The notes beneath the pieces are model-generated. The model saw nothing but the letters and a program-made list of their open reading frames with translations, did no database searches and was not told where the DNA came from. A stretch of 64,000 nt of DNA, from assembly GCA_965198175.1 (NCBI GenBank), contig OZ240245.1:1696001-1760000 (forward strand). The letters are read 5' to 3'. This document shows positions 16,812 through 27,153 of this stretch, piece after piece. The translations under genes and the position numbers were made by a program. The stretch's first letter is position 1. Each line of letters opens with the position of its first letter. The stretch is from Candidatus Poribacteria bacterium (lineage in GTDB: Bacteria; Poribacteria; WGA-4E; PCPOR2b).

Positions 16812-17107
16812 CTAGATATTGATAACCTCCCGCGCTACGTAAGGGCGTAGTTCCACCCGAAACGCCTTGTCTGTGACCAGGTCGACCGGAAAGCGTACCA
16901 GGTCTTCCAAGAGTAAAACTGCACCCCGAAGTAGGCTTTTGAGGTTGCCGGTCTGTCAAACCGTATCAAGATGTCAATGTCACCATCCTCAGACATCTCG
17001 TTACGCGCGACTGAGCCAAATAGGGCGAGATTTGCCACGCCAAAGCGTCGCGCAAGAATCGCTTTGTGCGCCCGGAGCACCTTCAAGACTTCATCTCGAT
17101 TCATCAA
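16812..17107 (-). pseudogene. Minimal nucleotidyltransferase (MNT antitoxin), frameshifted
   Basis: LALFGSVAR...DIDILI. After YFGVQFY two extra nt (TC, about 16911) shift the frame; the other frame continues LEDLVRFPVDLVTDKAFRVELRPYVAREVINI* (stop 16812-14). Confidence 0.8.
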
Positions 17108-17119
17108 TCCACCAGCGGT

Positions 17120-17147
17120 GTAGGTTGGGTTGAGCGATCAACCGAGC
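17120..17147 (+). repeat. GTAG-family REP-like hairpin
   Basis: GTAG-gttgggttga-gcga-tcaaccgagc. Confidence 0.5.
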
Positions 17148-17265
17148 GGACAGCGAGGGCGATAGAGATCGATCGGCAATCATCATAGGTTTCAAAATCT
17201 CACGTTATCCTCAGGTGGTCATACCGGTGTGAAACTCTAGCTGTACCCCGATGTTGCGAAGGACA

Positions 17266-17814
17266 TTATAACCGTTCCAAGACAAAACACACTTCAAGCG
17301 TACGTAGCATCGCAAAAGTATCATAGCACTTGACGCCGAACTGTTGGCAAACGTTGGGAAGAGGCACTCTTTTTTTTACATCCGCGCTGAACACTTCGTG
17401 CGTAACAACCACGTTGTTATAGACTTTCGCGTAAGCCGCAACCCATCCATCAGCTACTCTGGCGAACTTCTCTTTTGCTTGAGGCTGGAACTGCTCATTT
17501 TCCCTTACCCATTTGTTCATTTCCATGAAGGTATTTATAATCGATTCCTCCGCTGTAGATACAAAGAGATCGTCCGGTGCCTGCTTCGCCCACTTCGATA
17601 GTTGATCCGGATTAGGGTTCATTCCTTGAGATTGATTTGGGTTCGCGATTATTTCTCCACCGACTCGATCAATACTCCTCACACGATTCTCGTAGCAATA
17701 ATGTGTCAAGCATTTCCAGAATCCTGGACACAAGTCCAATGCGTAGTAGCGGCGATGTGCCTCTATAAAGACATTTGTATCCAGTACGAACAAGGGGCGA
17801 CGGTTGTTCATCAA
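17266..17814 (-). CDS. DUF4411 family PIN-like protein
   Basis: LDTNVFIEA.RRYY..D.CPGFW, ADGW..AYA, VVTHE, P.VC..FGV. Confidence 0.85.
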   Translation of the reverse strand: MMNNRRPLFVLDTNVFIEAHRRYYALDLCPGFWKCLTHYCYENRVRSIDRVGGEIIANPNQSQGMNPNPDQLSKWAKQAPDDLFVSTAEESIINTFMEMNKWVRENEQFQPQAKEKFARVADGWVAAYAKVYNNVVVTHEVFSADVKKRVPLPNVCQQFGVKCYDTFAMLRTLEVCFVLERL

Positions 17815-18965
17815 ATCGGCACCCCTAGCTTCTCAGGTATGTTTTCGAAGGTTTCTCCCTTCAACCCGGTCAGGTTGTACGCCTCGCGATAGAGCAAACG
17901 CCCTTCCCTAACCGCTCGCACAATTGCCGTGGCAAATCGGGGCCCTATACGCCATTTTTGCGTATTCCAAAAGTGTCCGCCATCTGATTCGTCCTGCGAT
18001 GCCTTAGCCTTGTATTGGCGATAGAACTTTACGAAAGCATCCGATTGAATCAATTTGAGATCGAACGCACGTCGTGCAGCCACCACAGGACTCACCTTGA
18101 ATCTGCGGGCAATAGCCTGATAAGGATTGTTCGTGCCTGCTTGTGACCAGAAAGCGCGTAAATCCTCCTCCGGCACCAGAAATTCTGCCGCAGTCTCGTC
18201 GCAAAACTGTTCAGTGTCATCTGAATCCGGCTGAAGTTCTTGGAAAGTAGAAACGCCGCTCTTGGCGATGAAGAGGTGAGCTAGCTCGTGAGCCAAAGTA
18301 AACATCTGCGAGGCTTTGAGATCAGCGCCATTTACAAATACGAGTGGTGCATACTCATCCGCGAGGGCAAGGCCCTGAAATTCATCCGGATCAAGCGCTC
18401 GTTGCGTGTTGTTACCCACCACGCCGTTAAAACAAACCAGCACGCCAGCGGCATCAAGCCGATCTAGGAGCAATCTGAGCGCATCGCTCCAGGTGCGCTG
18501 CGTTTCTGCCAACCCATCGGTAAGTTGGAGAGTCGTGCGCATAGCGCTTGCAACGTCCTGAGGTTGGGAATGCAACCCGTAAGTTCCGACAAAATTCAGC
18601 GTTTCAACCCCGTCTTCAATGAGTTCATCACGCATCCACGCTTGCCGCCGCTGCATCAGATAAACCGTCTCAAGCAGATCGGGGCTTGGCGGCGGAGTGC
18701 CCTTTCGTGTTCGAAAGTCGGCGATTGGCAAACGCTCCTCAAGCGGTTCCTTTAAGTATAGAAACCCCAAAGGCGTATAGGTGTGCTTGGCGAGCTTGTC
18801 CACCTGTGCAACGCTAATCAGCCCATCGCGCTCCCACTTCAACACGCGCTCATGCCGTTTCACGCCCATCTTCTTCGCCAATTCTTCGGGCTGGAGTCTG
18901 GCTCGCTCTCGTGCCCAACGCAACACGTCAGGCTGCAATGTTATTTGTAAGCGTCGACCACTCAT
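17811..18965 (-). CDS. XRE-HTH + ImmA/IrrE family metallopeptidase
   Basis: N-terminal HTH (LRWARER...ELAKK...WE), FTLAHELAH (HEXXH), E.FC...AAEFLVP. Confidence 0.88.
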   Translation of the reverse strand: MSGRRLQITLQPDVLRWARERARLQPEELAKKMGVKRHERVLKWERDGLISVAQVDKLAKHTYTPLGFLYLKEPLEERLPIADFRTRKGTPPPSPDLLETVYLMQRRQAWMRDELIEDGVETLNFVGTYGLHSQPQDVASAMRTTLQLTDGLAETQRTWSDALRLLLDRLDAAGVLVCFNGVVGNNTQRALDPDEFQGLALADEYAPLVFVNGADLKASQMFTLAHELAHLFIAKSGVSTFQELQPDSDDTEQFCDETAAEFLVPEEDLRAFWSQAGTNNPYQAIARRFKVSPVVAARRAFDLKLIQSDAFVKFYRQYKAKASQDESDGGHFWNTQKWRIGPRFATAIVRAVREGRLLYREAYNLTGLKGETFENIPEKLGVPI

Positions 18966-18983
18966 GGTTCACCTAACCTCTAC

Positions 18984-21900
18984 CTAACTCCGGAGATTGA
19001 CGTGTTCTTCAATCATGTTGTTGAACTCGGCTTCGACTTTGGCTTCAAAGTCCGACTCAATCTCGTAAACATCCGTAAACTCCGCAAATTCCCAGCGACC
19101 GTAGCTGCCGTGGCGATTCACGCCGGGCACCCAGTACGTTTCCATTGTGGATTTCTTGTCCTTGGCGTCCTCTCCGCGATAGCCTTTGATTTCAACGATG
19201 AGGTGTAAGGGGTTGTCGTCTCCTTTGCCGTCGTCAACGAGGACGATAAAGTCCGGAATGTACGTCCGCGTTTCGGATCCGTAGCGGTAAGGAACCTCAA
19301 GACCGAGGTTGTGGTTCTTGACGTAGGCTTTGACGCGCGGATGGGATTCCGCGACGCGGCAAAATTCCGCCTCCCAGTCGCTATCTAGGATGACCCAGTT
19401 GATGTGGCAGCGGCGAGAATCCGTTTCATAGCGGTCTGTCTTGGAGGTGCTGAAATTGACGTGAGCGGTAGAGCCGACAGGGTTGTACGGGTCGAGTACC
19501 GCTTTGACGGGACGCTCGCCGATTTCCTTTCGCGTGATGGCAGCCATAATGCGTTCGCATGCCATGTCAGCCAACTCTTGGTACATGAGTTGGGCAGGGA
19601 AGGTTCCCCCCTTGCACACGAGATAGTTGTCGATCCACTGTTTGGTGATGCGCTTGAGTTGCCCAAAGAGGTGGAAGTTGGGTTCACCGCCCGGATCGCG
19701 CCACTTTGTGATGAGCAGCCGTTGCGTGAGATTAAGCAGCAGCGTTGAGTTCCGAAGGTCGCCGGTGTGAACCAGATTGAGATCGACTCCTTCGCCGATG
19801 ATGCCTTGATTCTGTGTCTTCGACGGACCAACCAGATCCGGACTAAGTTCCAGCACCGAATCCTCGTTAAAGTCAGCCTCGAGCCGCTCCTCGGACAATT
19901 CCACGCGATAGCCTGCCACCCGCGGGAATCGGATTTCAAGCGCATCCCGCTCGGGCCGCATCGCCTTCACTTGAATCGTCGGTTTAGGCGGTATGGGTCG
20001 GACAACCACAGGCTTCGCCGTGAAATCGAAGGGTATCCCCAATACATCCGCGTATTCCACATCAAACAAGCCTTCGTCGTTGAGATCGTAGGATTGCCGC
20101 CGCAGCGCGCGACCGACGACCTGCTCGCAGAGCAACTGCGTCCCAAAAGCGCGAACGCCGAGTACGTGGCTCACGGTCTTGGCATCCCATCCTTCGGTGA
20201 GCATAGAGACCGACACGACGCAGCGAATCGAATCCCCGAGAGTTCCCGGTTTGCCAACCGTGTTCATGACTTCACGCAGGAGAGCTTGGTCAGTGATTTT
20301 GTCGGCTTCCTCGCGATTGCCGGTGCGCTCAATAATCTCGCGCCGAAACCGCTCAATCTCGTCGCTCGCCATCTTGCGGAAGTTTTTATCTAGCGCGTCG
20401 CCGGACTCCAACTGTTCGCTGTCGATTAGCAGCGTGCGGGGTCGGGGGTACTGATTGCCGTATTCGTCGAAGTTGCGAAACAGTTCGAGCCGTCCGGCTA
20501 CTGGCGCTGTTGAGCCATCGTCGTTTTCACGGTGGAAACCGGAAATGTAATCGTAGACCAGCTTGGATGTCGACGTGTTGTTGCAGACGACAATGAAGCA
20601 GGGCGGAACCTCGATGCCGGCGTCTTGCATGAGTTCGAAGGTCTTCGCATAGTGCCCGTATAACGCTGCAAGCGCCGTTTGGAGTACCACCGGCAGACTC
20701 AGCGGATCAAGATTTTTGGCTTTACCCCGCCCTTTCTTTGGCATGTCGGCGCTTATATTTTTCCACAACTCGCGAAACTTGGGCATGTCGCCGCCGGGGA
20801 TGTTGTCTGCTACCGGCACCCGCGGTAGTTTGACAATCCCGCATTCGATGGCATCCATGAGCGAGAAGTCGCTCATCGTCCATGGGAACAAGGTGCCCTC
20901 GGCATAACCTGAGCCGCGCAGGAAAAACGGCGTCGCCGATAGATCCATCACGCGGTTGATGCCGAGCCTCTTGCCTACCATCTCAAGCCCCGAAATCCAG
21001 AGGCGGGCTGCTTCCGTGTTCTTCTTGGCTTCCTGCCTGTCATCCGCAGTGAGTTTTTCCTCGTCCGGTTCGCCCGGCTTCTCGCGGTAGCAGTGGTGCG
21101 CTTCATCGTTGAGAACCATGAGATTCTTAATCCCCATGAGTTCGGGCATCACCCGCTGCAGCATTTGTCCCGCGGTTTCGGTGGTCGCGATTGGCTTCCC
21201 GCGTCCCTGAAGCAGAGCACGCCCACCCTTTGAGAGTTCTGTACGCTCGCGCAGCTTGAAAGCATGATAGTTCGTGATGACAATCTTCGCCTTTTCCAAG
21301 TCGGGAAGCATGTCGCTTGGCAACAACTCGCGGCTCCGGTAGTAGCTGTCCGGATCGTTGGGCTGCAGCACACGCAAGCGATCCTTTATGGTGATTCCGG
21401 GCGTAACCACCAAGAAACCGCGGGTGAACCTTCCGCTCTGCGGATGCCGGGCGGCGTTAACCGTTTGCCAAGCGATTAACATCGCCATGACGGTGGTCTT
21501 TCCGGCGCCCGTCGCTAGCTTGAGCGCCAGCCGTGACAGCTCCAGATTGGTGTCGTTATTGGCGTTCTTGAGGTGCTCAAGGAAGCGATTGCGAGCTTGG
21601 GCGATTCGTGGCGCAACCTCGATGAGCCAAATGGCGGTCTCAAGTGCTTCAACTTGGCAGAAGAAAGGTCGGATGCCGCTGAATTGGTGGTGGCGCCAGT
21701 GCTGAAGCAGTCGTGCAGTTTCAGGCGTCACCTGCCATTGGTTTGGGTTCGGCATGTTTCGCCACTGTTCAACGTGGCGGCGTACCTCATTGATAATCGC
21801 TGTAGGATCGTACTGCTGCTCCTGTGTTGAAAGCCCCTTCCCCTCGTCGAATACAATCTCCGTTTGGTTTGGGGAGGATTTCCTTCGCTTCTTCGGCTTG

Positions 21901-22043
21901 GGCACCGGCGTGATGAAATCTGCCCGCCTTCGGTTGTCTATTCTATTCTGGGTTGGCTGTCCCGTCTCATCTAGCTCCCAGTGACGGCTTGGGGGCTCGT
22001 ATGGCGAGTTGAGGATGGGATGATCAAAGAATGGATTCGACAT
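18984..22043 (-). CDS. Type III-like restriction endonuclease/helicase (Res subunit)
   Basis: LATGAGKT, NDEAHHCY, DLSATP, MLTEGWD, EQVVGRALRR, C-terminal PDFIV...EIKG (PD-ExK). Confidence 0.9.
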   Translation of the reverse strand: MSNPFFDHPILNSPYEPPSRHWELDETGQPTQNRIDNRRRADFITPVPKPKKRRKSSPNQTEIVFDEGKGLSTQEQQYDPTAIINEVRRHVEQWRNMPNPNQWQVTPETARLLQHWRHHQFSGIRPFFCQVEALETAIWLIEVAPRIAQARNRFLEHLKNANNDTNLELSRLALKLATGAGKTTVMAMLIAWQTVNAARHPQSGRFTRGFLVVTPGITIKDRLRVLQPNDPDSYYRSRELLPSDMLPDLEKAKIVITNYHAFKLRERTELSKGGRALLQGRGKPIATTETAGQMLQRVMPELMGIKNLMVLNDEAHHCYREKPGEPDEEKLTADDRQEAKKNTEAARLWISGLEMVGKRLGINRVMDLSATPFFLRGSGYAEGTLFPWTMSDFSLMDAIECGIVKLPRVPVADNIPGGDMPKFRELWKNISADMPKKGRGKAKNLDPLSLPVVLQTALAALYGHYAKTFELMQDAGIEVPPCFIVVCNNTSTSKLVYDYISGFHRENDDGSTAPVAGRLELFRNFDEYGNQYPRPRTLLIDSEQLESGDALDKNFRKMASDEIERFRREIIERTGNREEADKITDQALLREVMNTVGKPGTLGDSIRCVVSVSMLTEGWDAKTVSHVLGVRAFGTQLLCEQVVGRALRRQSYDLNDEGLFDVEYADVLGIPFDFTAKPVVVRPIPPKPTIQVKAMRPERDALEIRFPRVAGYRVELSEERLEADFNEDSVLELSPDLVGPSKTQNQGIIGEGVDLNLVHTGDLRNSTLLLNLTQRLLITKWRDPGGEPNFHLFGQLKRITKQWIDNYLVCKGGTFPAQLMYQELADMACERIMAAITRKEIGERPVKAVLDPYNPVGSTAHVNFSTSKTDRYETDSRRCHINWVILDSDWEAEFCRVAESHPRVKAYVKNHNLGLEVPYRYGSETRTYIPDFIVLVDDGKGDDNPLHLIVEIKGYRGEDAKDKKSTMETYWVPGVNRHGSYGRWEFAEFTDVYEIESDFEAKVEAEFNNMIEEHVNLRS

Positions 22044-22143
22044 TGGAAATTACCGTTAGATTCGGCGTTTCTCTCGCGTACGGTATTACATTCGCAAAAC
22101 CACTGGCTGAATGCGTATCTTCTAGATTCTGACGATGTTTGAA

Positions 22144-22231
22144 ATTATAGCAGGTATGGCGTTTGAGATTCAAGGATGAACTGAAAGCGATTCGGTTTTC
22201 TGTTGAGCCGCGGCGGTATCTCTGTTATAAT
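22144..22231. promoter_or_regulatory. Divergent sigma70-type promoters (res on minus strand, dehydrogenase on plus strand)
   Basis: Minus: TTGAAT-18-TATAAT (22173-22144). Plus: TTGAGC-17-TATAAT (22203-22231) with TG extension. Confidence 0.55.
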
Positions 22232-22262
22232 CTGTGTTGACAAAACCGTGAAGGAGATCGCA

Positions 22263-23213
22263 ATGAAAATTGTAATCGCACAAGCTCAAAACCGTGACCT
22301 AGTGGATCGCATCCAGCAGATAGCTCGCGCACATCCGGAGCAAGAGATAGAAGTCACACTCGCCTCATCTCGAGAGGAGTTGCTCAGAGAAGTTGAAGAT
22401 GCTGAGATTCTTTTTCCCGTCTTCGATCGGGAGTTGTTCCTGAAGGCGCGAAAATTGAAATGGGTGCAGACCTACAGCGCCGGTGTCGATATGTACCTGT
22501 GTCCCGAATTCATTGAGAGCGATGTTGTTCTCACGTCTGGCAAAGGCTTCGTTGGGATTCATCTGGCGGAACACGCCTTCGGACTGCTGCTCGCTTTGAC
22601 CCGCGGCATTGCGCCCGCCGTTCATCACCGCAAGTGGGGCGGCTATCCGTTTGAAAGCCAGGAGTTGTACGGAAAAGTAATGGGCGTCCTCGGTTTTGGT
22701 GGAACCGGGCGGGAAGCCGCAGTGCGTGCACATGCCTTCGGGATGGAAGTTCTCGCGATTGACATCAATGATGTCCCAATACCGGACTTTATTGAGGAGA
22801 TTTGGGGACTCGATCAGCTACCGAGACTCCTCCGCGAATCCGACGTAGTGATGATTGGGTTGCCGTTGACTGAGCAGACGCGAGGGTTGTTCAACCGGAA
22901 AACGTTCCAGCAGATGAAACGGACAGCATATCTAATTAATGTCACACGCGGGCAGATTATGGATATGGATGGGTTAATTGAGGCGCTACAGGAAGGCGGG
23001 ATTGCCGGCGCGGGGCTGGATGTCGTACCCGAAGAGCCACTGCCGCCGGACAACCCGCTCTGGGGCATGGAAAACGTCGTTATCACACCGCACTGCGCGG
23101 GCGCATCTCCGATACGACTAGAGCGGAGTTGGGATCAGTTCATAGAAAACTTATCTCGGTGGATAAACGGAGAACCCTTGTTGGGCACGTTTAATCGGAA
23201 ACAGGGATTCTAG
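22263..23213 (+). CDS. D-2-hydroxyacid dehydrogenase family
   Basis: SAGVD, GFGGTG, INVTRG, LDVVPEEPL, ITPHCAG; SD AAGGAG before ATG 22263. Confidence 0.9.
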   Translation: MKIVIAQAQNRDLVDRIQQIARAHPEQEIEVTLASSREELLREVEDAEILFPVFDRELFLKARKLKWVQTYSAGVDMYLCPEFIESDVVLTSGKGFVGIHLAEHAFGLLLALTRGIAPAVHHRKWGGYPFESQELYGKVMGVLGFGGTGREAAVRAHAFGMEVLAIDINDVPIPDFIEEIWGLDQLPRLLRESDVVMIGLPLTEQTRGLFNRKTFQQMKRTAYLINVTRGQIMDMDGLIEALQEGGIAGAGLDVVPEEPLPPDNPLWGMENVVITPHCAGASPIRLERSWDQFIENLSRWINGEPLLGTFNRKQGF

Positions 23214-23228
23214 CACGCGCTTCACACA

Positions 23229-24137
23229 TCACTCTTCCTGCACGAGCGATTGACACAACTCCCTTGCTTCTTCTAGTTCCTCCGCTTGACCGTGTCGGAC
23301 TTCGATGACCTTGAGAACGTCTGATGGGATCTGTGCCATAATCGCCTTGAATTCAAGATCGCCGAAGCCGGGGGGATAATGGACTTCGAGGTCTTTGAGA
23401 TCGTGCAGGTTGACGCCGATGAGATGGTCTTTGTACTCCTCCAGCCAACGATGTGACCAACAGAGCCCAATGCGTTCTTGCAGAGCCGCATGTCCGACAT
23501 CATGCCAATATCGCATATTGCTTCCTTCAAACTTTTCCAGGAACATCCCCATCTCATCGAAATTTGGGATTTGATAGTAGCATGGTCGATTTTCAACCGC
23601 TAGATGGAGGTCCATCCGTAGCGCCAGTTCATTTAAGGCGTCGAGGCTGAAGAGCGCGGCGTCCTGATGTTTGGCTTGCTTGCGTTCACGCCAGTCGGTT
23701 GCCTCCGCAACCTTGCGACTGAATGCCTCAAATTCCCGCTCCCCGTATTCGTAGAGATCTGTCATCAGGTAAGACCGATCATGGGTATCCACTTCCCCTA
23801 GATGGAGCACAACAATCGGGATCTCAAGATCGACAGCCAGTTCCATCGTTCGGATGGTCCACTTGAGCGCTTCGTTCCGCTCATTCACGTCCAGACTAGA
23901 CAAGTGAACTGGATCGTTTTCCGCTTCAGATTGCGGGATGTTGGGGAGAACGGGACAGAAATTATGGACGGAACACGGCTTCGTCTGCTTCAAATGTGGT
24001 TTGAGCTGTTCAAGCTGCTCCCTCGTTAGGTGTCGGCTTAGTTCGATGGTACTAAATCCGAGGTCTTTGAGTTCATCAATCATCGCTGCCCCATCGGATT
24101 GATTTGTCGCATTCCACATTGTCGAAATAGCTATCAT
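23229..24137 (-). CDS. Sugar phosphate isomerase/epimerase (xylose isomerase-like TIM barrel)
   Basis: SVHN, VVLHLG, AVEN, WHDVGH, NLHD, H.PPG.G. Confidence 0.75.
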   Translation of the reverse strand: MIAISTMWNATNQSDGAAMIDELKDLGFSTIELSRHLTREQLEQLKPHLKQTKPCSVHNFCPVLPNIPQSEAENDPVHLSSLDVNERNEALKWTIRTMELAVDLEIPIVVLHLGEVDTHDRSYLMTDLYEYGEREFEAFSRKVAEATDWRERKQAKHQDAALFSLDALNELALRMDLHLAVENRPCYYQIPNFDEMGMFLEKFEGSNMRYWHDVGHAALQERIGLCWSHRWLEEYKDHLIGVNLHDLKDLEVHYPPGFGDLEFKAIMAQIPSDVLKVIEVRHGQAEELEEARELCQSLVQEE

Positions 24138-24138
24138 C

Positions 24139-24747
24139 TTAGGCTTCTTTCACCGTGACCTTTCGACCGACAATTTCGAGCTTACGTTCCGCATACCATT
24201 TAACCACTTTCGGGTAAATCTGATGCTCTTCAATCTGAATTCGTGCGTGCAGGCTTTCCTCGTTATCATTGTCGTATACAGGAACCGAAACTTGGGCGAT
24301 AATAGGACCGGTATCGAGCCCCTCATCTACAAAATGGACGGTCGTCCCGCTGACTTTGACCCCATAAGCCAGGGCATCGGGTAACGGATGTGCGCCCGGG
24401 AAGGCGGGCAGCAGCGATGGATGGATATTGATGATGCAGTTACGATACTTTTGCACAAACTTTGGCTGAAGCACCTTCATAAAACCTGCTAAGACAATCA
24501 GTTCTGCTTCGTAGTCGTCAATAACTCTTGAAATCTCTGCATCAAACGCATTTCGATCTGGAAAATCTCGTAGCCTTACCACATGGGTGGGGATGCCCGC
24601 TTGCCTCGCACGGGTGAGCGCGTAGGCAGTTGGTCGATCGCTAATCACCACGGAAATCTCAATGTCACACGTGGTATCTCTGTGCAGCTGATCGATTAAG
24701 ACTTGTAGATTGCTGCCGCTGCCAGAGACTAAGACTGCGATTTTCAT
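24139..24747 (-). CDS. purN: Phosphoribosylglycinamide formyltransferase
   Basis: VSGSGSNLQ, LAGFMKVL, INIHPSLLPAFPG, HFVDEGLDTGPII, EEHQIYP. Confidence 0.97.
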   Translation of the reverse strand: MKIAVLVSGSGSNLQVLIDQLHRDTTCDIEISVVISDRPTAYALTRARQAGIPTHVVRLRDFPDRNAFDAEISRVIDDYEAELIVLAGFMKVLQPKFVQKYRNCIINIHPSLLPAFPGAHPLPDALAYGVKVSGTTVHFVDEGLDTGPIIAQVSVPVYDNDNEESLHARIQIEEHQIYPKVVKWYAERKLEIVGRKVTVKEA

Positions 24748-25037
24748 GGTTTTTGATTTACATCCTTCCGGTTAGCGAAAATAACAGGTTGAACCCCGTT
24801 TGTGGGCAGTTTCATACAACGATTGTAACGGCGTTTTATTGTAGCACAAGGGTAAATCTGAGTAAAGCGATTTCAGCCCTTTTTTGTTTGACCCCATCTA
24901 CGACAGAGTGATATAATCAGCGCCGTTCCTATGACCGATGAGAAGAATGAACAGGTGCCCGAAACCAACGGAACCACAAGATTTCAGGCTTTGGGCAACT
25001 TGGTTCCTCAGTTGATACTACCTTGCAAGGAAGGTTC

Positions 25038-25844
25038 ATGATGCAAACATCTGCAATCGGAACAATCGAAAAGTTTCGACTTGATGATAAAGTCAGCATT
25101 GTTACCGGCGCAAGTCGCGGAATCGGGTTAGCAATGGCGGAGGGGCTTGCTGGGGCGGGTTCGGATCTCGTCATTGTTGGTAGAAGATTAGAGACGCTTG
25201 GATCGGTTGCTGAACGCATTGCGAGTGACAGCGGTCGACACGTGATGCCGATTCAAGCTGATGTCGGCAATCTTGATGATATTGGTCGGATCGTTAGGCA
25301 GACGATAGATCGGTTTGGCAAGATTAACGTTCTCGTAAACAATGCAGGAATCAACGTGCGTCGTCCCGCTGAAGCGTACACCGAAGCTGACTGGGATACC
25401 GTTACAAATGTGAACATCAAAGGAACCTTCTTCCTTACGCAGGCTTGTGGGCAAGTGATGATTCAGCAAAAAGCGGGAAAAATTATCAACAACCTTTCAT
25501 TAGCCTCCGCGATTGGTCTGCCTACTATCACAGCGTACACTGCTTCCAAAGGCGGATTGATGCAAATCACAAAGCTGCTAGCGGTGGAATGGGCGCTCCA
25601 TAATATTCAAGTCAATGGAATCGCCCCCGGTTTCATCCGAACCGCGCTCACTGAACCGATGCGAGCGGATATGCGAAACCAGTGGGTATTAAATCGCACA
25701 CCTGCCAATCGCTGGGGAGAGCCGGAGGATCTCGTCGGCTTGACGATATTCTTAGCATCTGAAGCTTCTAATTTCGTAACTGGCGAGGTAATCTTCGTTG
25801 ATGGCGGTTATATGGCAGGGAGTGATTGGCGGTACCAGGCATGA
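25038..25844 (+). CDS. SDR oxidoreductase (KduD/gluconate 5-dehydrogenase-like)
   Basis: TGASRGIG, NNAG, YTASK, PGFI.T, RTPANRWG.PEDL. Confidence 0.85.
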   Translation: MMQTSAIGTIEKFRLDDKVSIVTGASRGIGLAMAEGLAGAGSDLVIVGRRLETLGSVAERIASDSGRHVMPIQADVGNLDDIGRIVRQTIDRFGKINVLVNNAGINVRRPAEAYTEADWDTVTNVNIKGTFFLTQACGQVMIQQKAGKIINNLSLASAIGLPTITAYTASKGGLMQITKLLAVEWALHNIQVNGIAPGFIRTALTEPMRADMRNQWVLNRTPANRWGEPEDLVGLTIFLASEASNFVTGEVIFVDGGYMAGSDWRYQA

Positions 25845-25974
25845 AAAACGAACAAGCGAGATATGCAGATGCGCAACTCAACTTCCTCGCAAATACGAAC
25901 TAATTTTGTAAAAGCGAACGATAGATGCACACATGTCAGTATCCATGTGGATTCTTCAATCTTAAAATTTAATT

Positions 25975-26949
25975 ATGCTGCTTCGTGTGAATAACCTAAA
26001 AACCTATTTTGATACAGACGATGGTATTGTTCCCGCTGTCGATGACGTTAGTTTCACACTGGACGAAGGGGAGACACTTGGCATTGTCGGTGAATCAGGA
26101 TGCGGTAAAAGTATGACTGCACTTTCGATATTGCGTCTTGTGCCACCCCCCGGACAAATTGTGGCTGGGGAGATTTGGTTGAAGGGTGAGGACCTGCTTG
26201 CCCGAAAAGAATCCGAAATGCGCAAAATTCGCGGAAATGAAATTTCAATCGTCTTCCAGGAACCGATGACTTCACTAAATCCTGTACTCACTGTCGGCGA
26301 CCAAATTGCTGAGACAATTAGACATCATCAAGGTCTAGATAAAAAAACAGCGTGGCAAAAGAGCATCGAATCCCTTGCCGCTGTCAGCATTCCCACGCCC
26401 AAGGAGCGTGTGCATGATTATCCCCATCAGATGAGCGGCGGCATGCGCCAACGCATTATGATTGCGATGGCGATTTCCTGCTCCCCTTCCCTCCTCATTG
26501 CCGACGAACCGACAACCGCATTGGACGTCACGATCCAAGCACAGATTCTTGATTTAATCAGCCAACTTCAAGACGAAATGGGCATGGCAGTGTTGCTGAT
26601 TACCCATAATCTCGGTGTGATTTCAGAGGTAGCACACCGAGTTTTAGTCATGTACGCAGGGCAAATCGTGGAAAGCGCAAACGTCGACAAGCTATTTGAA
26701 CGGGCGTGCCACCCCTATACCAAAGGATTACTGAGCGCTGTTCCCAAGTTAACGGGAAGCGCCGACCGTCTGGTCGCAATCCAAGGCAGTGTTCCAGAGC
26801 CCACGCAAATGCCTAACGGTTGTCGGTTTGCGTCACGATGTGGGTTTGCAACTGATCAATGCAGGAGTGAAATGCCTAAATTGGAGCCGGTTGATTCGGA
26901 TCAGATGGTGCGTTGTTTTGAATGGCGGCAAGCTATGCAGGCGAACTGA
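25975..26949 (+). CDS. Oligopeptide/dipeptide ABC transporter ATP-binding subunit (OppD/DppD-like)
   Basis: [38 protein letters not shown]-terminal GCRF..RC. Confidence 0.93.
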   Translation: MLLRVNNLKTYFDTDDGIVPAVDDVSFTLDEGETLGIVGESGCGKSMTALSILRLVPPPGQIVAGEIWLKGEDLLARKESEMRKIRGNEISIVFQEPMTSLNPVLTVGDQIAETIRHHQGLDKKTAWQKSIESLAAVSIPTPKERVHDYPHQMSGGMRQRIMIAMAISCSPSLLIADEPTTALDVTIQAQILDLISQLQDEMGMAVLLITHNLGVISEVAHRVLVMYAGQIVESANVDKLFERACHPYTKGLLSAVPKLTGSADRLVAIQGSVPEPTQMPNGCRFASRCGFATDQCRSEMPKLEPVDSDQMVRCFEWRQAMQAN

Positions 26950-27153
26950 CACATCGGTGGGCCTGAATCGGATGATAAGCGGAACGCACATTGTTTGCGT
27001 TTTGCAAGGGGCGATGTTACCGTATAAAGCATTCGCCTACAGCGAATATTGCCAATTGGTCACGCGACGATCGGATTAACGGAACTGCCCTCTAAATCGA
27101 CGCTGCGAGAGAATATCTTACAACGTCAAGAATGGCGCTCTTGAACCCCATCG

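Noticed and set aside
16483..16959. 158-aa and smaller ORFs over the palindrome array
   Set aside because: The translations only mirror the DNA repeats and the shifted MNT tail; no coding evidence.
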